A stretch of 64,000 nucleotides of DNA from positions 16,439 to 80,438 of IMG/VR virus record IMGVR_UViG_3300025305_003938; one strand, written 5' to 3'. This stretch comes from a virus. The number at the start of each line of letters is the position of its first letter. Within the stretch, counting starts at the first letter, position 1. Below, piece by piece: positions 33,444 through 43,741 of the stretch. The notes under the pieces were generated by a model that was not told the DNA's origin, ran no database searches, and was given only the letters and a program-made list of their open reading frames with translations. The translations under genes were made by a program, and so were the position numbers.

Positions 33444-35524
33444 GAAAGAAGATTTTAGTCAAGGGCCCCGCCCTCTCACGTTCAGGGTATGGAGAACAGA
33501 CAAGGTTCGCCCTCAGATCCCTCAGATCCCAGGAAGAGAAGTATGACATTTATTTACAGAATATCCCATGGGGTGCCACTGGGTGGATCTTTGAGGTCAA
33601 CGAAGAGCGCGAGTGGATCGATAGTACACTAGCTAAAACTGTCAAGCATACAGCCTCTGGTGGCAAGTTTGATATGTCCTTGCAGGTCACAATCCCAAAT
33701 GAGTGGGAAAAGTTAGCTCCGATAAACATCGGATATACGGCCGGCATTGAGACAAGCCAAATCTCTCCACATTGGATTGAAAAATCAGAAGTGGTTGATA
33801 AGATAATCACAATATCCAAGCACTCCCGGGACGTTTTCTTAAATACAGTCTATGATGTGCAGAACAAGGAAACCGGTGCTGTCGTTAAGGGCTACAGATG
33901 TGAAACACCCATCGAAGTAGTCCACTACCCAGTGAGAAGCGTTGAACCGGCCGCTTTGAGTTTGGATCTAGAAACAGATTTTAACTTCTTGATGATAGCT
34001 CAATGGGGAGTTAGAAAGAACCTAGAGAATACCTTACGATGGTTTGTTGAGGAATTTATTGATCGTGACGTTGGCTTAGTCCTCAAGACGAATCTAGCGA
34101 ACGATTCGGTTATGGATCGCGTACATGCAGAAGAGCGCCTAAAAAGTCTTCTAGATTCGTACAAAGACAGGAAGTGTAAAGTGTACATGATACACGGCAC
34201 AATGTCTGATAGTGAATTGGCCGGACTCTACACACATCCGAAAATTAAAGCTCTAATTTCTTTAACTCACGGTGAGGGCTACGGCCTTCCAATTTTTGAA
34301 GCCGCTTATAGTGGCCTACCGATTGTCACTGCTGGCTGGAGTGGCCATGTAGACTTCCTAAGTGCCCCAGTTAAAGATAAGAAGGGCAAAATGAAAGTCA
34401 AGCCACTTTACGCATCGGTCGATTACGAAGTCAAGCGAATTCAGAAAGAGGCTCGATGGGAAGGCGTCATCGAAAAGAAATCAGAGTGGTGTTACCCCCG
34501 CGAAGGCAGTGCAAAAATGCGCATGCGAGAGGTCTTTAAAAACCATAAACTAGCCCAAAGTCGCGCCAACAAATTGCAGAGTTGGATCATCGATAACTTT
34601 ACAGAAGAGTCGAAATATGAACAATTTGCGAATGCAGTTTGTAATGAAACGCTTAACTTAGATTGTGAATATGTTTTTGTCAGCGACAGGTTCGCTGATC
34701 AAGCGCCCGGCGGAGCAGAATTGAGCCTGCAGGCTGTAATCGACAGCACACCAGCCGATTATATTAAACTTAACGCAGCTGACGTTAGTTTGGGTTTGAT
34801 TGAAAAGTTGCAAGACAAAACTTGGATATTCTCTAACTTCACTTCTTTGGACAAGACTCTGATTCCTGTAGTAGCAAGAGACTTAAAGTATTACTTTATA
34901 GAATCAGATTACAAATACTGCGAACACAGACTACCACAACTTTGCCAGATCTTCAATGGCTGCGAAGATTGTGATTGCGTCGAAAAAGAGTCCGGACAAT
35001 TAATTAAATTGTTCTGTGATAACGCGCAGTTACTGTTCTTCCGTTCTGAGAAACAGCGCGAACATCATTTATCTGCCCTGGCTCTAAATAAGAAGAAGAC
35101 GAGAATAATGTCCGCTGTGTTCACATCGGAGATACTAGACTTACTGCAAGAAATGCGCACCACGTTTGCCGACAAGAAAGTGGATGTTTGGGTTATTAGC
35201 TCCTCCCCGTCGTGGGTCAAGGGTCATCAAGCTTCTAAGAAATGGTGTGAAGAAAATAAGAAGAACGTATTTGAATTGCATGGTCGATCATATAAAGAAT
35301 CCCTAGCTTGCTTAGCTCAGGCCCGCGGCCTCTGCGCATTGCCTCCGGGTTATGATACTTGTCCGCGGATGGTGATCGAAGCAAAATTATTAGGCTGTGA
35401 TCTGGAATTGAATGATAATGTTTTACATGCGAAAGAGCACTGGTTCGATACAGATGATTTGGAGGTTGTAGATACACACTTAAGATCTGTCATTCCATCC
35501 TTCTGGGAGGCAGTAACTGGTTAA
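33440..35524 (+). CDS. Two-domain glycosyltransferase (GT4 plus a second GT-B-like domain)
   Basis: SRSGYG, RKN, GEGYGLPIFEAA; second half GGAELS...DTCPRMVIEAKLLGC. Confidence 0.85.
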   Translation: MRKKILVKGPALSRSGYGEQTRFALRSLRSQEEKYDIYLQNIPWGATGWIFEVNEEREWIDSTLAKTVKHTASGGKFDMSLQVTIPNEWEKLAPINIGYTAGIETSQISPHWIEKSEVVDKIITISKHSRDVFLNTVYDVQNKETGAVVKGYRCETPIEVVHYPVRSVEPAALSLDLETDFNFLMIAQWGVRKNLENTLRWFVEEFIDRDVGLVLKTNLANDSVMDRVHAEERLKSLLDSYKDRKCKVYMIHGTMSDSELAGLYTHPKIKALISLTHGEGYGLPIFEAAYSGLPIVTAGWSGHVDFLSAPVKDKKGKMKVKPLYASVDYEVKRIQKEARWEGVIEKKSEWCYPREGSAKMRMREVFKNHKLAQSRANKLQSWIIDNFTEESKYEQFANAVCNETLNLDCEYVFVSDRFADQAPGGAELSLQAVIDSTPADYIKLNAADVSLGLIEKLQDKTWIFSNFTSLDKTLIPVVARDLKYYFIESDYKYCEHRLPQLCQIFNGCEDCDCVEKESGQLIKLFCDNAQLLFFRSEKQREHHLSALALNKKKTRIMSAVFTSEILDLLQEMRTTFADKKVDVWVISSSPSWVKGHQASKKWCEENKKNVFELHGRSYKESLACLAQARGLCALPPGYDTCPRMVIEAKLLGCDLELNDNVLHAKEHWFDTDDLEVVDTHLRSVIPSFWEAVTG

Positions 35525-35525
35525 A

Positions 35526-36278
35526 ATGTCAGATACTCATTTTAAAATTGTTACTTCGATGTACAACGTTGAAGATTGGATTAAAAGAACAGCGTCGAGC
35601 ATAAAAAATCAGAACTACACAAATTTTCAATGTGTCTTCATTGATGATGCGTCCACTGACAGAACTGTGGAGATCTTAGAAAGCCTCGTAGGCGATGATG
35701 AGCGGTTTGCTGTTCTTAAGAATTCAGATAAGAAATATTCGCTAGGCAGGATCAACCAGGGTATCGAGCATGCTTCTCCTGCCGATGAAGATATTATTCT
35801 GAGTGTCGACGGAGATGATTGGCTAGCCACAAAAAACGTATTAACTTATCTGGATGAGTTTTATAAGAAGGAACAATGTTGGATGACATACGGAAGCTAT
35901 ATGGAATACCCAACAGGTATGAAGGGTATCGAAGCTTCGGCATATTCTCCGGAAGTCGTCCAAAATAACACATATAGAACAGATCGATGGCGTGCCTCCC
36001 ATTTAAGAACATTCAAATACAAACTTTGGAAGAACATCGAAAAAGAAGACCTTCTAGACTGGAATGGCAATTTCTTCAAAACGACTATCGATAAAGCTTT
36101 CATGTACCCTATGCTGGAGATGGCCGGCCCCCGTGCCAAATATATAGACGAAACGCTCTACGTGTACAATCTGACAAATCCGCTTAACGTGCATAAATCC
36201 CGTCGAGAGTTACAATTAAAAACAAACGATTACCTGAGAGGCAAAGAAGCATATGACCGCAAAGACATATTGCATTAA
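35526..36278 (+). CDS. Glycosyltransferase family 2
   Basis: YNVEDWI, IDDASTD, VDGDDWL. Confidence 0.9.
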   Translation: MSDTHFKIVTSMYNVEDWIKRTASSIKNQNYTNFQCVFIDDASTDRTVEILESLVGDDERFAVLKNSDKKYSLGRINQGIEHASPADEDIILSVDGDDWLATKNVLTYLDEFYKKEQCWMTYGSYMEYPTGMKGIEASAYSPEVVQNNTYRTDRWRASHLRTFKYKLWKNIEKEDLLDWNGNFFKTTIDKAFMYPMLEMAGPRAKYIDETLYVYNLTNPLNVHKSRRELQLKTNDYLRGKEAYDRKDILH

Positions 36279-36873
36279 AGAAGAATACATCCACAGAGAT
36301 GAATATATCCAGAATGTACAAATAGGCTCTGGAGACAAGTTCCAAGATCGAGTGTACGCAAAAGCCCACGAGGTTTGCGAGCGTAATAATTGTATGACTG
36401 TACTGGATATTGGATGCGGATCTGCCTATAAGCTGATAAAATATTTTGGTGATAAAATTTTTTTAGGATTAGAACTTGAACCGAATCTGAGTTGGCTTAA
36501 AGAAACTTACCCTCATTACCACTTCCGACGTTCTGATTTTGACAACCCTCCCGGTGGCCACTTTGACTTGGTAATCTGCTCTGATGTTATCGAGCACTTA
36601 ATAGATCCAGATCAGCTGCTAGAATTTGTACAAAAGCTAAGCTTTGGCACATTCGTTGTTTCAACTCCGGAGCGAGACAATATGCAGATTTTACAAAAGG
36701 GTCACACTTGGGATGGCCCACCACACAATGTCTATCACGTTAGAGAATGGACGGCACCAGAGTTCAAGCAATACATTTCTCAAACATTCAATGTCGAAGA
36801 ACAGATATTAACGAAAGGTGAAGAAGTTAGTACAGTTGACGAGTGTCAAATCGTCGTTGCAACTAGAAAATGA
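36253..36873 (+). CDS. Class I SAM-dependent methyltransferase
   Basis: VLDIGCGS, FDLVICSDVIEHL, STP, HVREW. Confidence 0.9.
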   Translation: MTAKTYCIKEEYIHRDEYIQNVQIGSGDKFQDRVYAKAHEVCERNNCMTVLDIGCGSAYKLIKYFGDKIFLGLELEPNLSWLKETYPHYHFRRSDFDNPPGGHFDLVICSDVIEHLIDPDQLLEFVQKLSFGTFVVSTPERDNMQILQKGHTWDGPPHNVYHVREWTAPEFKQYISQTFNVEEQILTKGEEVSTVDECQIVVATRK

Positions 36874-37778
36874 AAGTTCTTCTAGACAATGTGAATTTAA
36901 ATTCCACTAGTGGTCCGAATCACTTTGGATCAAAACTAAATAAATACATAAGTCGCCTGGGGTCGGAACTAGTATCACACCCTTCAGCTGCAGCTCCTGA
37001 CATTCAATTGTCTTTTATAGAATCCTTCATCGATACGAATTTACCATTAGTTCAGCGCCTCGATGGAATCTACTTCGATATTGATAAAGATAACAAGTTG
37101 CTAAACTCAAACATACTCAGGACATATGAGAGATCATCAGGAGTGATATTCCAATCCGAATATTGCAGAGATCTCTGTTTTAGATATTTGGGAGAACACG
37201 ACAATCATGCCGTCATTCATAACGGCGCCGATTATGAGCTAATAAGAGAGATTACTCCCATGGAGGTCCCTATGCTTAACAAATTCGAAACAGTGTGGTC
37301 TTGCGCCGGCCGCTGGCGACCATGGAAGCGCCTCCGACAAAACATAGAATATTTCATTAACTTTTCTGGACCCAACGACTGCTTGATTGTCGCTGGAGAT
37401 GGTGGCGCCAGTGAGATGATAAAACACGATAGAGTATTTTATGTTGGTAGACTTCCGGTTGATATCTTATTTTCTTTATATAAGAGATCTAAGCACTTTA
37501 TACATTTGGCAAGATATGACGCTTGTCCAAACGTTGTAGTCGATGCCCGCGCCAGCGGCTGTCAGATCATATGCTCTTCTTTAGCAGGAACAAAAGAAGT
37601 CGCTGGCCCAGACGCTACCATTGTCGAAGATATCCCATGGGATTTGGAGCCGGTAAGCACAACGAGAATTCCAGATATTAAGTTCGATAACATAACAAAG
37701 AACACATACGATACGAACATCGACATGTCCTTTGTTGCAAAAAAATACTTAAACTTTCTAGAAAAAACTTTACAATAG
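36870..37778 (+). CDS. Glycosyltransferase family 4
   Basis: SGPNHF, QRLDG, IHNG, DACPNVVVDARASG. Confidence 0.85.
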   Translation: MKVLLDNVNLNSTSGPNHFGSKLNKYISRLGSELVSHPSAAAPDIQLSFIESFIDTNLPLVQRLDGIYFDIDKDNKLLNSNILRTYERSSGVIFQSEYCRDLCFRYLGEHDNHAVIHNGADYELIREITPMEVPMLNKFETVWSCAGRWRPWKRLRQNIEYFINFSGPNDCLIVAGDGGASEMIKHDRVFYVGRLPVDILFSLYKRSKHFIHLARYDACPNVVVDARASGCQIICSSLAGTKEVAGPDATIVEDIPWDLEPVSTTRIPDIKFDNITKNTYDTNIDMSFVAKKYLNFLEKTLQ

Positions 37779-37785
37779 GATTATT

Positions 37786-38634
37786 ATGTTAGTACAAAAA
37801 CAAGTTGATAAATTTATGATGAACCTGAACGTTGAGGATGGAGGCATCTCCAGAGTGCTCTATCACATCGGAGAACGCGAGCTAGCGTTTATGTCTCTTT
37901 TGCGAGAGACAGTGCAGGAGGGCATGACATGTGTAGATCTGGGTAGTAATATCGGGTACACAACTCTTTTTATGCTCGACAAGGTTGGGCCCCGCGGCCG
38001 CGTTTATGCAATTGAGCCCGACCCAAACAACCTAGGTCTCCTTCGAAGTAATGTTAGCCAGAACCACTTCCTAGAAAACTGTGAGATCACTCAATGTGCA
38101 ATTTCAGATACAGATGGTCAGTTAGACTTTTGGCAGGCCAGCGCTCCGAACCTGAGCAGTATCACCAAACACAAAAATAGCACTCACAAAATCACCGTTG
38201 ATTCTTACTGTCTTAACACTTTCTTGTCTGAGCGTTCCTATCCAAACTTTATAAAAATGGACGTTGAAGGAGGCGAAGTCAAGATTTTTGAAGGTGGGCT
38301 GGAATACTTTACGAAAAATAGAGGCACCACACACTTCTTGGTCGAGGTGCATCCAGCAACCTACAATGAAGACAACGACTTCGAAGCAGTGCTCAAAGAG
38401 TACTTCAAGATAGGATTCAACCCCAAATATGTTGTAACCACACCGGTGCCACAGCCGGCCTTATTTGCTGATGCTGGTTACACTCCGTCCCGCACTGTTG
38501 AAACCGATGGTTTTCATCGAGGCGTCTACGATGATATTTCACAAGAACATCTACTAGAATTTTCTTGTAGAGAACATCCCGAGGGCCGCAGCAAGAAAAT
38601 CGTAAGAAGCTTCATGCTTTCCAGAGAAGAGTAA
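37786..38634 (+). CDS. FkbM family methyltransferase
   Basis: VDLGSNIGY, AIEPDP, FIKMDVEGGE, VEVH. Confidence 0.9.
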   Translation: MLVQKQVDKFMMNLNVEDGGISRVLYHIGERELAFMSLLRETVQEGMTCVDLGSNIGYTTLFMLDKVGPRGRVYAIEPDPNNLGLLRSNVSQNHFLENCEITQCAISDTDGQLDFWQASAPNLSSITKHKNSTHKITVDSYCLNTFLSERSYPNFIKMDVEGGEVKIFEGGLEYFTKNRGTTHFLVEVHPATYNEDNDFEAVLKEYFKIGFNPKYVVTTPVPQPALFADAGYTPSRTVETDGFHRGVYDDISQEHLLEFSCREHPEGRSKKIVRSFMLSREE

Positions 38635-38642
38635 AACATTAA

Positions 38643-39335
38643 ATGTACTTTGACAAAGGATTGAATGACTTTGGGATAGTTCTAAAGGGGGCTAGTGTTG
38701 CAAGGATTCATAAGATAGTCGACAATTATCAAGACTGCTATATGGTTAATAATTTTGACCGTAATGCGAATAATGAAGAGTCTGAGTGGAGTTTAGTAGC
38801 TCCATTACTTCATGGAAAGAACATTGTTCATTTTGTCAATCGACTTGAAACGGCCCCCCTTCTAAGAGAACATTATGAAGAATTGAATATCCAACATATC
38901 CAGTTCACGAAAACAGAGCTGGACGCCCGCCTCCGCGACATGAAAAACCTTTATGAAAGCTATGACCTAACTTGCCATATGCTTCCAGAGGAACTGTTAG
39001 AATATAATAGCTTCTTTACGGACAAATATTATATGCGCCCGGGCGATTCCAATTACGCTGTGAAGCACCCGAACACAGGTGTTTTATCGATCATTTATGC
39101 TGCTCATGTTTTGAAACCCAAGAACTTGTGGATTGCTGGTTTGGACTTTTATCAAAACGATTACCTGTTCAGAAGGCCGTGGATTGCGCCCCTAAAGAAT
39201 CAACAGTTGAAAATGAAAAACACTCAGATGGTAGAGCACTTTGTCGAGATCATCAAAAAGCATCCGGATATTAATTTTAAGATGATAACTAATGCGAAAT
39301 TACCAAGTTTAGATAACTTGGAGATCATAGAGTGA
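38643..39335 (+). CDS. Sialyltransferase-like protein (GT29/GT42-type fold)
   Basis: PNTGVLSIIYAA...LWIAGLDFY resembles the TG..A......I.I.G.DFY motif; adjacent to neu genes. Confidence 0.6.
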   Translation: MYFDKGLNDFGIVLKGASVARIHKIVDNYQDCYMVNNFDRNANNEESEWSLVAPLLHGKNIVHFVNRLETAPLLREHYEELNIQHIQFTKTELDARLRDMKNLYESYDLTCHMLPEELLEYNSFFTDKYYMRPGDSNYAVKHPNTGVLSIIYAAHVLKPKNLWIAGLDFYQNDYLFRRPWIAPLKNQQLKMKNTQMVEHFVEIIKKHPDINFKMITNAKLPSLDNLEIIE

Positions 39336-40138
39336 CAGAGTATAAAGATCTTTTTGGGCCCGCCGAGTTACGTCTTTTTCTAGAGAAGATCAAACCCGAT
39401 GAAAAATATAATGATTATCTTAGAGGCAAGCGCGTCGCCATAGTGGGCCCATCGAAACATATGCTGGCATATGACGCCGGCAGTGTTATTGATGAATATG
39501 ATGTTGTTATTAGAATGAAGTGGGTTGATATCCTACCACTCTCAGAACACTGCAATGGCAAATATGTAAAACACATCGGCAGTAAGACTGATGTTGTATA
39601 CGGTAATAGGTTTCTTATTGTTAACAACATGATGCAGGAATATCTAGAGTATTTTAAAAGATCTGAAATAGATCACTATAGAATCCCCGATAATAAGGTT
39701 TCGAACCACTTTTTCTCCAAGGAACTAGCATGCGGCACGACGTATACAGAATACGCATGCGGAGATTTTGGACTTCAGTATCAATCTATCACACAAACAG
39801 ATGGTACAAGATATTGGCCGCAAACAGGAACGGTGGCCATCATGGAAGCAATTGCTAGCGATGCTGCAGAGATTTTCGTTAGTGGCATAACCATGTATCA
39901 TGGCGGTGGCCACATCTTCCAGAAGAATAAGAACCCCACACACAATCAGCCTATTGTGGGAAAACATCACGGCGTGTTAGAAACAGCAATGTTAATAGAT
40001 TGCTATGAATTATCAGAAAATCGTGGTAAAATAAGATTTGATGAGCCCCTGTATAACATTATGAACATGTACAAACAGGGTTTAGCCACGAAGGAAATTA
40101 CAAAAACAATAAATGAGTTTGTAAATAAACTGGAATGA
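39332..40138 (+). CDS. GT29-like sialyltransferase
   Basis: Sialylmotif L-like RVAIVGPS...G..IDEYDVVIR...GSKTD, S-like PQTGTVAI...IFVSGITMY, VS-like HHGVLE. Confidence 0.75.
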   Translation: MTEYKDLFGPAELRLFLEKIKPDEKYNDYLRGKRVAIVGPSKHMLAYDAGSVIDEYDVVIRMKWVDILPLSEHCNGKYVKHIGSKTDVVYGNRFLIVNNMMQEYLEYFKRSEIDHYRIPDNKVSNHFFSKELACGTTYTEYACGDFGLQYQSITQTDGTRYWPQTGTVAIMEAIASDAAEIFVSGITMYHGGGHIFQKNKNPTHNQPIVGKHHGVLETAMLIDCYELSENRGKIRFDEPLYNIMNMYKQGLATKEITKTINEFVNKLE

Positions 40139-40812
40139 TAACAGACAAGAAAATTTTAGCAGTCACTCTCGCCCGCGGCGGCTCAAAGAAGATTCCGAGA
40201 AAAAACATAATCGACATCAATGGTAAGCCGCTGCTAGCCTACACAACAGAGATCGTCAAGGAGAGTCAGTATGTGGATAAACATATTGTATCGACGGATG
40301 ATTTGGAAATTGCAATGATCGTAGAAGAATGTGGAGCCGAGTTGCATATGAGGCCCCCCCTTTTGGCACAAGATGATACTACCTCTGCAGCTGCGTTGAT
40401 GGATGTTGTGCAAAGCAACCCCAACTATGACTATGTGGTGGAAGTCATGGCCACAAATCCATTAAAAACGACAGAAGACCTTGACAAAGCACTAGAGAAG
40501 CTTTATGATACTGGAGCTGACTCTGTTGTATCGGTAGTGAGAATATGGGATCACCACCCCTCTAGAGTCAAATATATCAAAGAAGACAAGTTAATGGATT
40601 TTTACCCAGAGATACCCGAATCCCGCCGGCAAGATTTAACACCGGCAGCATATGTCAGAAACGGAAGTATATATGCAACGACTGTGGAGTCTTTCCTAGA
40701 ACATGAGGTTCGCCTAGGCCCAGATACAAGGCCCTATATTATGTCAGAAGAGAACACGATTAATATCGATGAACCTAGAGATTTAGAGTTAGCAAGAATA
40801 ATACTTAAATGA
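40135..40812 (+). CDS. neuA: Acylneuraminate cytidylyltransferase (CMP-nonulosonate synthetase)
   Basis: ARGGSKKIPRKN...GKPL, VSTDD, RRQDL...Y.RNGSIY, INIDEPRD. Confidence 0.9.
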   Translation: MITDKKILAVTLARGGSKKIPRKNIIDINGKPLLAYTTEIVKESQYVDKHIVSTDDLEIAMIVEECGAELHMRPPLLAQDDTTSAAALMDVVQSNPNYDYVVEVMATNPLKTTEDLDKALEKLYDTGADSVVSVVRIWDHHPSRVKYIKEDKLMDFYPEIPESRRQDLTPAAYVRNGSIYATTVESFLEHEVRLGPDTRPYIMSEENTINIDEPRDLELARIILK

Positions 40813-41741
40813 AAATTATATGTATAACACCAGTGACTGATACCATGATGCAGAACCTTGAGACGAAAGGTGATGTCACATACTGTCCAAATATTAACAA
40901 AAATCAGCTGTCAGAGGCTCTTAAGGAAGACTACGACGTTATATTCACCAACCCTAACAAACAGGGTTTCGTGCTTGATAAGGGCCTCCTGGGGCCCTCT
41001 AGCGTGTCTGTAATCTGTACAGCCTCGACGGGTACTAACCATATTGACAAAAAATACTGCCAAGACAACAATATTACTATATTTTCTATAACGACGGATT
41101 ATCCACTTTTGAGGAAAATCACATCAACAGCAGAGCACTCTTTTGCTCTAATGATGGCCTTGTTGAGAAATCTACCTAATTCACAGAATTCTGTTATTGC
41201 CGGGGCATGGAACTGGGAACCGTTTTTAGGTCGCCAAATCAACTGTTTGAAAATTGGTATTGTTGGCTATGGCCGCCTAGGCGAGATGATGGCGCGCTAT
41301 TGTGCCGCTTTCGGAGCAGAGGTTTATATCTGTGATCCATATAAAAGTACAGACATGAAATACCCCCAGGTTGATTCTTTAGAGCGACTGTTCGAAATTT
41401 GCGATGTGGTTTCTCTCCATGTGCATGTCACAGATGAAACAAAATATTTTATTAATAAAAAATTGCTTGCAAAAGTAACCAAATCAGTGTATCTTATCAA
41501 TACGTCTCGTGGTGAGGTTGTTGATGAGAAGGACATCATTTCCATGTTAGAATCAGGTAAGTTAGCTGGATATGCGACAGATGTCGTTGAGGATGAATTT
41601 GGAGACGTATCGAACAGTCCAATAATCCAACACTTAGAAGATTTAAATATTATTGTTACTCCTCACATTGGGGGTATGACAAGTGATGCTAGGGAACTAG
41701 CTTATAATGGAGCAATTAACAAATTGGAGAATACAAAATGA
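40809..41741 (+). CDS. D-isomer-specific 2-hydroxyacid dehydrogenase
   Basis: TGTNHID, STAEH, GIVGYGRLG, LINTSRG, TPHIGG. Confidence 0.9.
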   Translation: MKIICITPVTDTMMQNLETKGDVTYCPNINKNQLSEALKEDYDVIFTNPNKQGFVLDKGLLGPSSVSVICTASTGTNHIDKKYCQDNNITIFSITTDYPLLRKITSTAEHSFALMMALLRNLPNSQNSVIAGAWNWEPFLGRQINCLKIGIVGYGRLGEMMARYCAAFGAEVYICDPYKSTDMKYPQVDSLERLFEICDVVSLHVHVTDETKYFINKKLLAKVTKSVYLINTSRGEVVDEKDIISMLESGKLAGYATDVVEDEFGDVSNSPIIQHLEDLNIIVTPHIGGMTSDARELAYNGAINKLENTK

Positions 41742-42541
41742 CAGAAATTATTGCTGAAATCGGTTGGAATCATATGGGAGACATCGAGTTGGCTGATCGT
41801 ATGATCGGTGCTGCAGCCCGAAGTGGCGCCACTTATGCTAAATTTCAAACTTGGTCTGTTTCTAGGTTGAAAGACGGAGAGTGGGACAGGGACGGCCGCC
41901 GCCAAATCTACGAAAATGCAGAATTAACCGCAGCTGATCATATAGACTTGATGAACCTGTGTGACAAGCATAGCATTAAATTTCTATCATCAGTGTTTAG
42001 TGTTCCAGATGCTCAACTGCTAGCAGACTTGGGCCAGTCATCGGTTGTTAAGATTCCGAGTTTTGAATGCAGAAATGTAGAATTAATTGATTTCTGTAAT
42101 GAGCACTTTAAGAAGGTTTATATGTCAACAGGCACATCCAAGTGGTCAGAATTACAGGAAATCGTACCAAGGTTCGATAAAGCTGAACTCACCCTTCTTC
42201 ACTGTGTCTCTTCTTATCCATGCTTGCCAACCATGGCAAACATTTCAAAGCTAGCTGACTTAAAAACTCTTTGCCCTCGTATCGGCTATAGCGACCATAT
42301 CATGGGAGTGGAGTCCGCGAAAGTGGCGTTAGCCTATGGTCTAGACGTTGTTGAGAAGCATTTTACGGTAGACCATGACCTTCCGGGCCGCGACAACAAG
42401 TTTGCAGTACTACCAGAGGAACTTAAGAGCCTATCGGAATTTATCACACTTGTCAAAGAGATGCATCAGTTTCACGGGCTAGACTATCAGGCCGCAGAGG
42501 AAGGTGCCCGCAATGAATACGCGGGAAGATTTAATGGCTGA
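41738..42541 (+). CDS. neuB: N-acetylneuraminate synthase family protein lacking the C-terminal SAF/AFL domain
   Basis: IIAEIGWNHMGD, AKFQT, KIPS, LHCVSSYP, GYSDH, EKHFT. 267 aa. Confidence 0.9.
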   Translation: MTEIIAEIGWNHMGDIELADRMIGAAARSGATYAKFQTWSVSRLKDGEWDRDGRRQIYENAELTAADHIDLMNLCDKHSIKFLSSVFSVPDAQLLADLGQSSVVKIPSFECRNVELIDFCNEHFKKVYMSTGTSKWSELQEIVPRFDKAELTLLHCVSSYPCLPTMANISKLADLKTLCPRIGYSDHIMGVESAKVALAYGLDVVEKHFTVDHDLPGRDNKFAVLPEELKSLSEFITLVKEMHQFHGLDYQAAEEGARNEYAGRFNG

Positions 42542-43178
42542 TAATATCTCTATTATTATTCGAAACAGGAACGAGGAGAGGTGGATAGGTTATGCTATTC
42601 AGTCTTCTCTAGACACATTTGAAAATCCGGAGATTATTGTCATTAATAACAATTCAGTGGATCAGTCAATGGAGATCGTGAACGAGTTCTGTTTTTCTAA
42701 TATTAAGATTTCAAACATTGACAATTATACCCCTGGTCGCGCCTTGAACACTGCAGTGAGGGAGGCATCAAACGAAACAATTTTGATCCTATCAGCTCAC
42801 AGTGTTATAACGAAGCCAGTCGATTTGGAAAAAGTCCAAAGACAGCTTCAGGAACATGTTGCTGTATTCGGAAAACAAACACCAGTATATCGCGGCCGCA
42901 AGATCACAAAGCGTTACGTTTGGTCACACTTTACAGACGAATCTGTGGTTAATATGTGGTCTGAGCCCGAGAGCAGACACTTCCTTCACAATGCTTTCTG
43001 CTTTTATAACAAAGGGGCATTGCTGGAAAATAAATTCGATGAACGGCTTTCTGGTAAAGAGGATCGTTACTGGGCTAATAAGGTTGTATCACGCGGCCTG
43101 ACGTACCTATATGATGTAGAGTTACAATGTGACCACCATTGGACCCCAGCCGGCAACACTTGGAAAGGTTTGGGCTAA
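42534..43178 (+). CDS. Glycosyltransferase family 2
   Basis: ISIIIRNRNEE, NNNSVD, LSAH, EDRYWA. Confidence 0.85.
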   Translation: MADNISIIIRNRNEERWIGYAIQSSLDTFENPEIIVINNNSVDQSMEIVNEFCFSNIKISNIDNYTPGRALNTAVREASNETILILSAHSVITKPVDLEKVQRQLQEHVAVFGKQTPVYRGRKITKRYVWSHFTDESVVNMWSEPESRHFLHNAFCFYNKGALLENKFDERLSGKEDRYWANKVVSRGLTYLYDVELQCDHHWTPAGNTWKGLG

Positions 43179-43741
43179 TGAGAATTGTTGCGTTTATACC
43201 AGCCAAGGGGAATTCGAACAGACTTAAGGGGAAAAACATGTTTCCTCTGAAAGATAAACCTCTAATTTGTTGGACTTTCGACGCGATCAAAGAATCAAAA
43301 TACTTAGATGAGGTATATATTTCGACAGATAGTGAAGAAATCTCTAACATTTCCTTACTTTACGGCTTTAACGTCATAGAAAGGCCTCCGGAGCTTACGC
43401 TACGACATGTTGGAAAACAAGAGGTTTTAGAACATGCGATTGTTGAAATAGAAGATGTGGAAAAAGTAGATTATATTTGTATGCTACAGGCAAATTCCCC
43501 TCAGATTGAGGCTTCTAAGATAGACGAAGCTGTCGAGAAAGTTGTAAATTCGGCCGGCGAGGTGTGGGAGTGCTTATCGATAAACAAAGAAACCTTGTTT
43601 ACTGATGGTGCTATAAGGGTTTTTCACCGAGATTGCTTAACTCGCAAAGGCCTAGGCATGTATATAAGTACTGTTTTGACCGATTACGTTGACGTACATA
43701 CGATTGAAGATATAAGAAATATAGAGGCTACAGGCGCTTAG
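43178..43741 (+). CDS. Second NeuA-like cytidylyltransferase
   Basis: IPAKGNSNRLKGKN, ISTDS, LQANSP, VDVHTIED. Confidence 0.85.
   Translation: MRIVAFIPAKGNSNRLKGKNMFPLKDKPLICWTFDAIKESKYLDEVYISTDSEEISNISLLYGFNVIERPPELTLRHVGKQEVLEHAIVEIEDVEKVDYICMLQANSPQIEASKIDEAVEKVVNSAGEVWECLSINKETLFTDGAIRVFHRDCLTRKGLGMYISTVLTDYVDVHTIEDIRNIEATGA

Noticed and set aside
33509-33530. 9-bp direct repeat CCCTCAGAT
   Set aside because: It simply encodes LRSLRS within a glycosyltransferase; two copies only.
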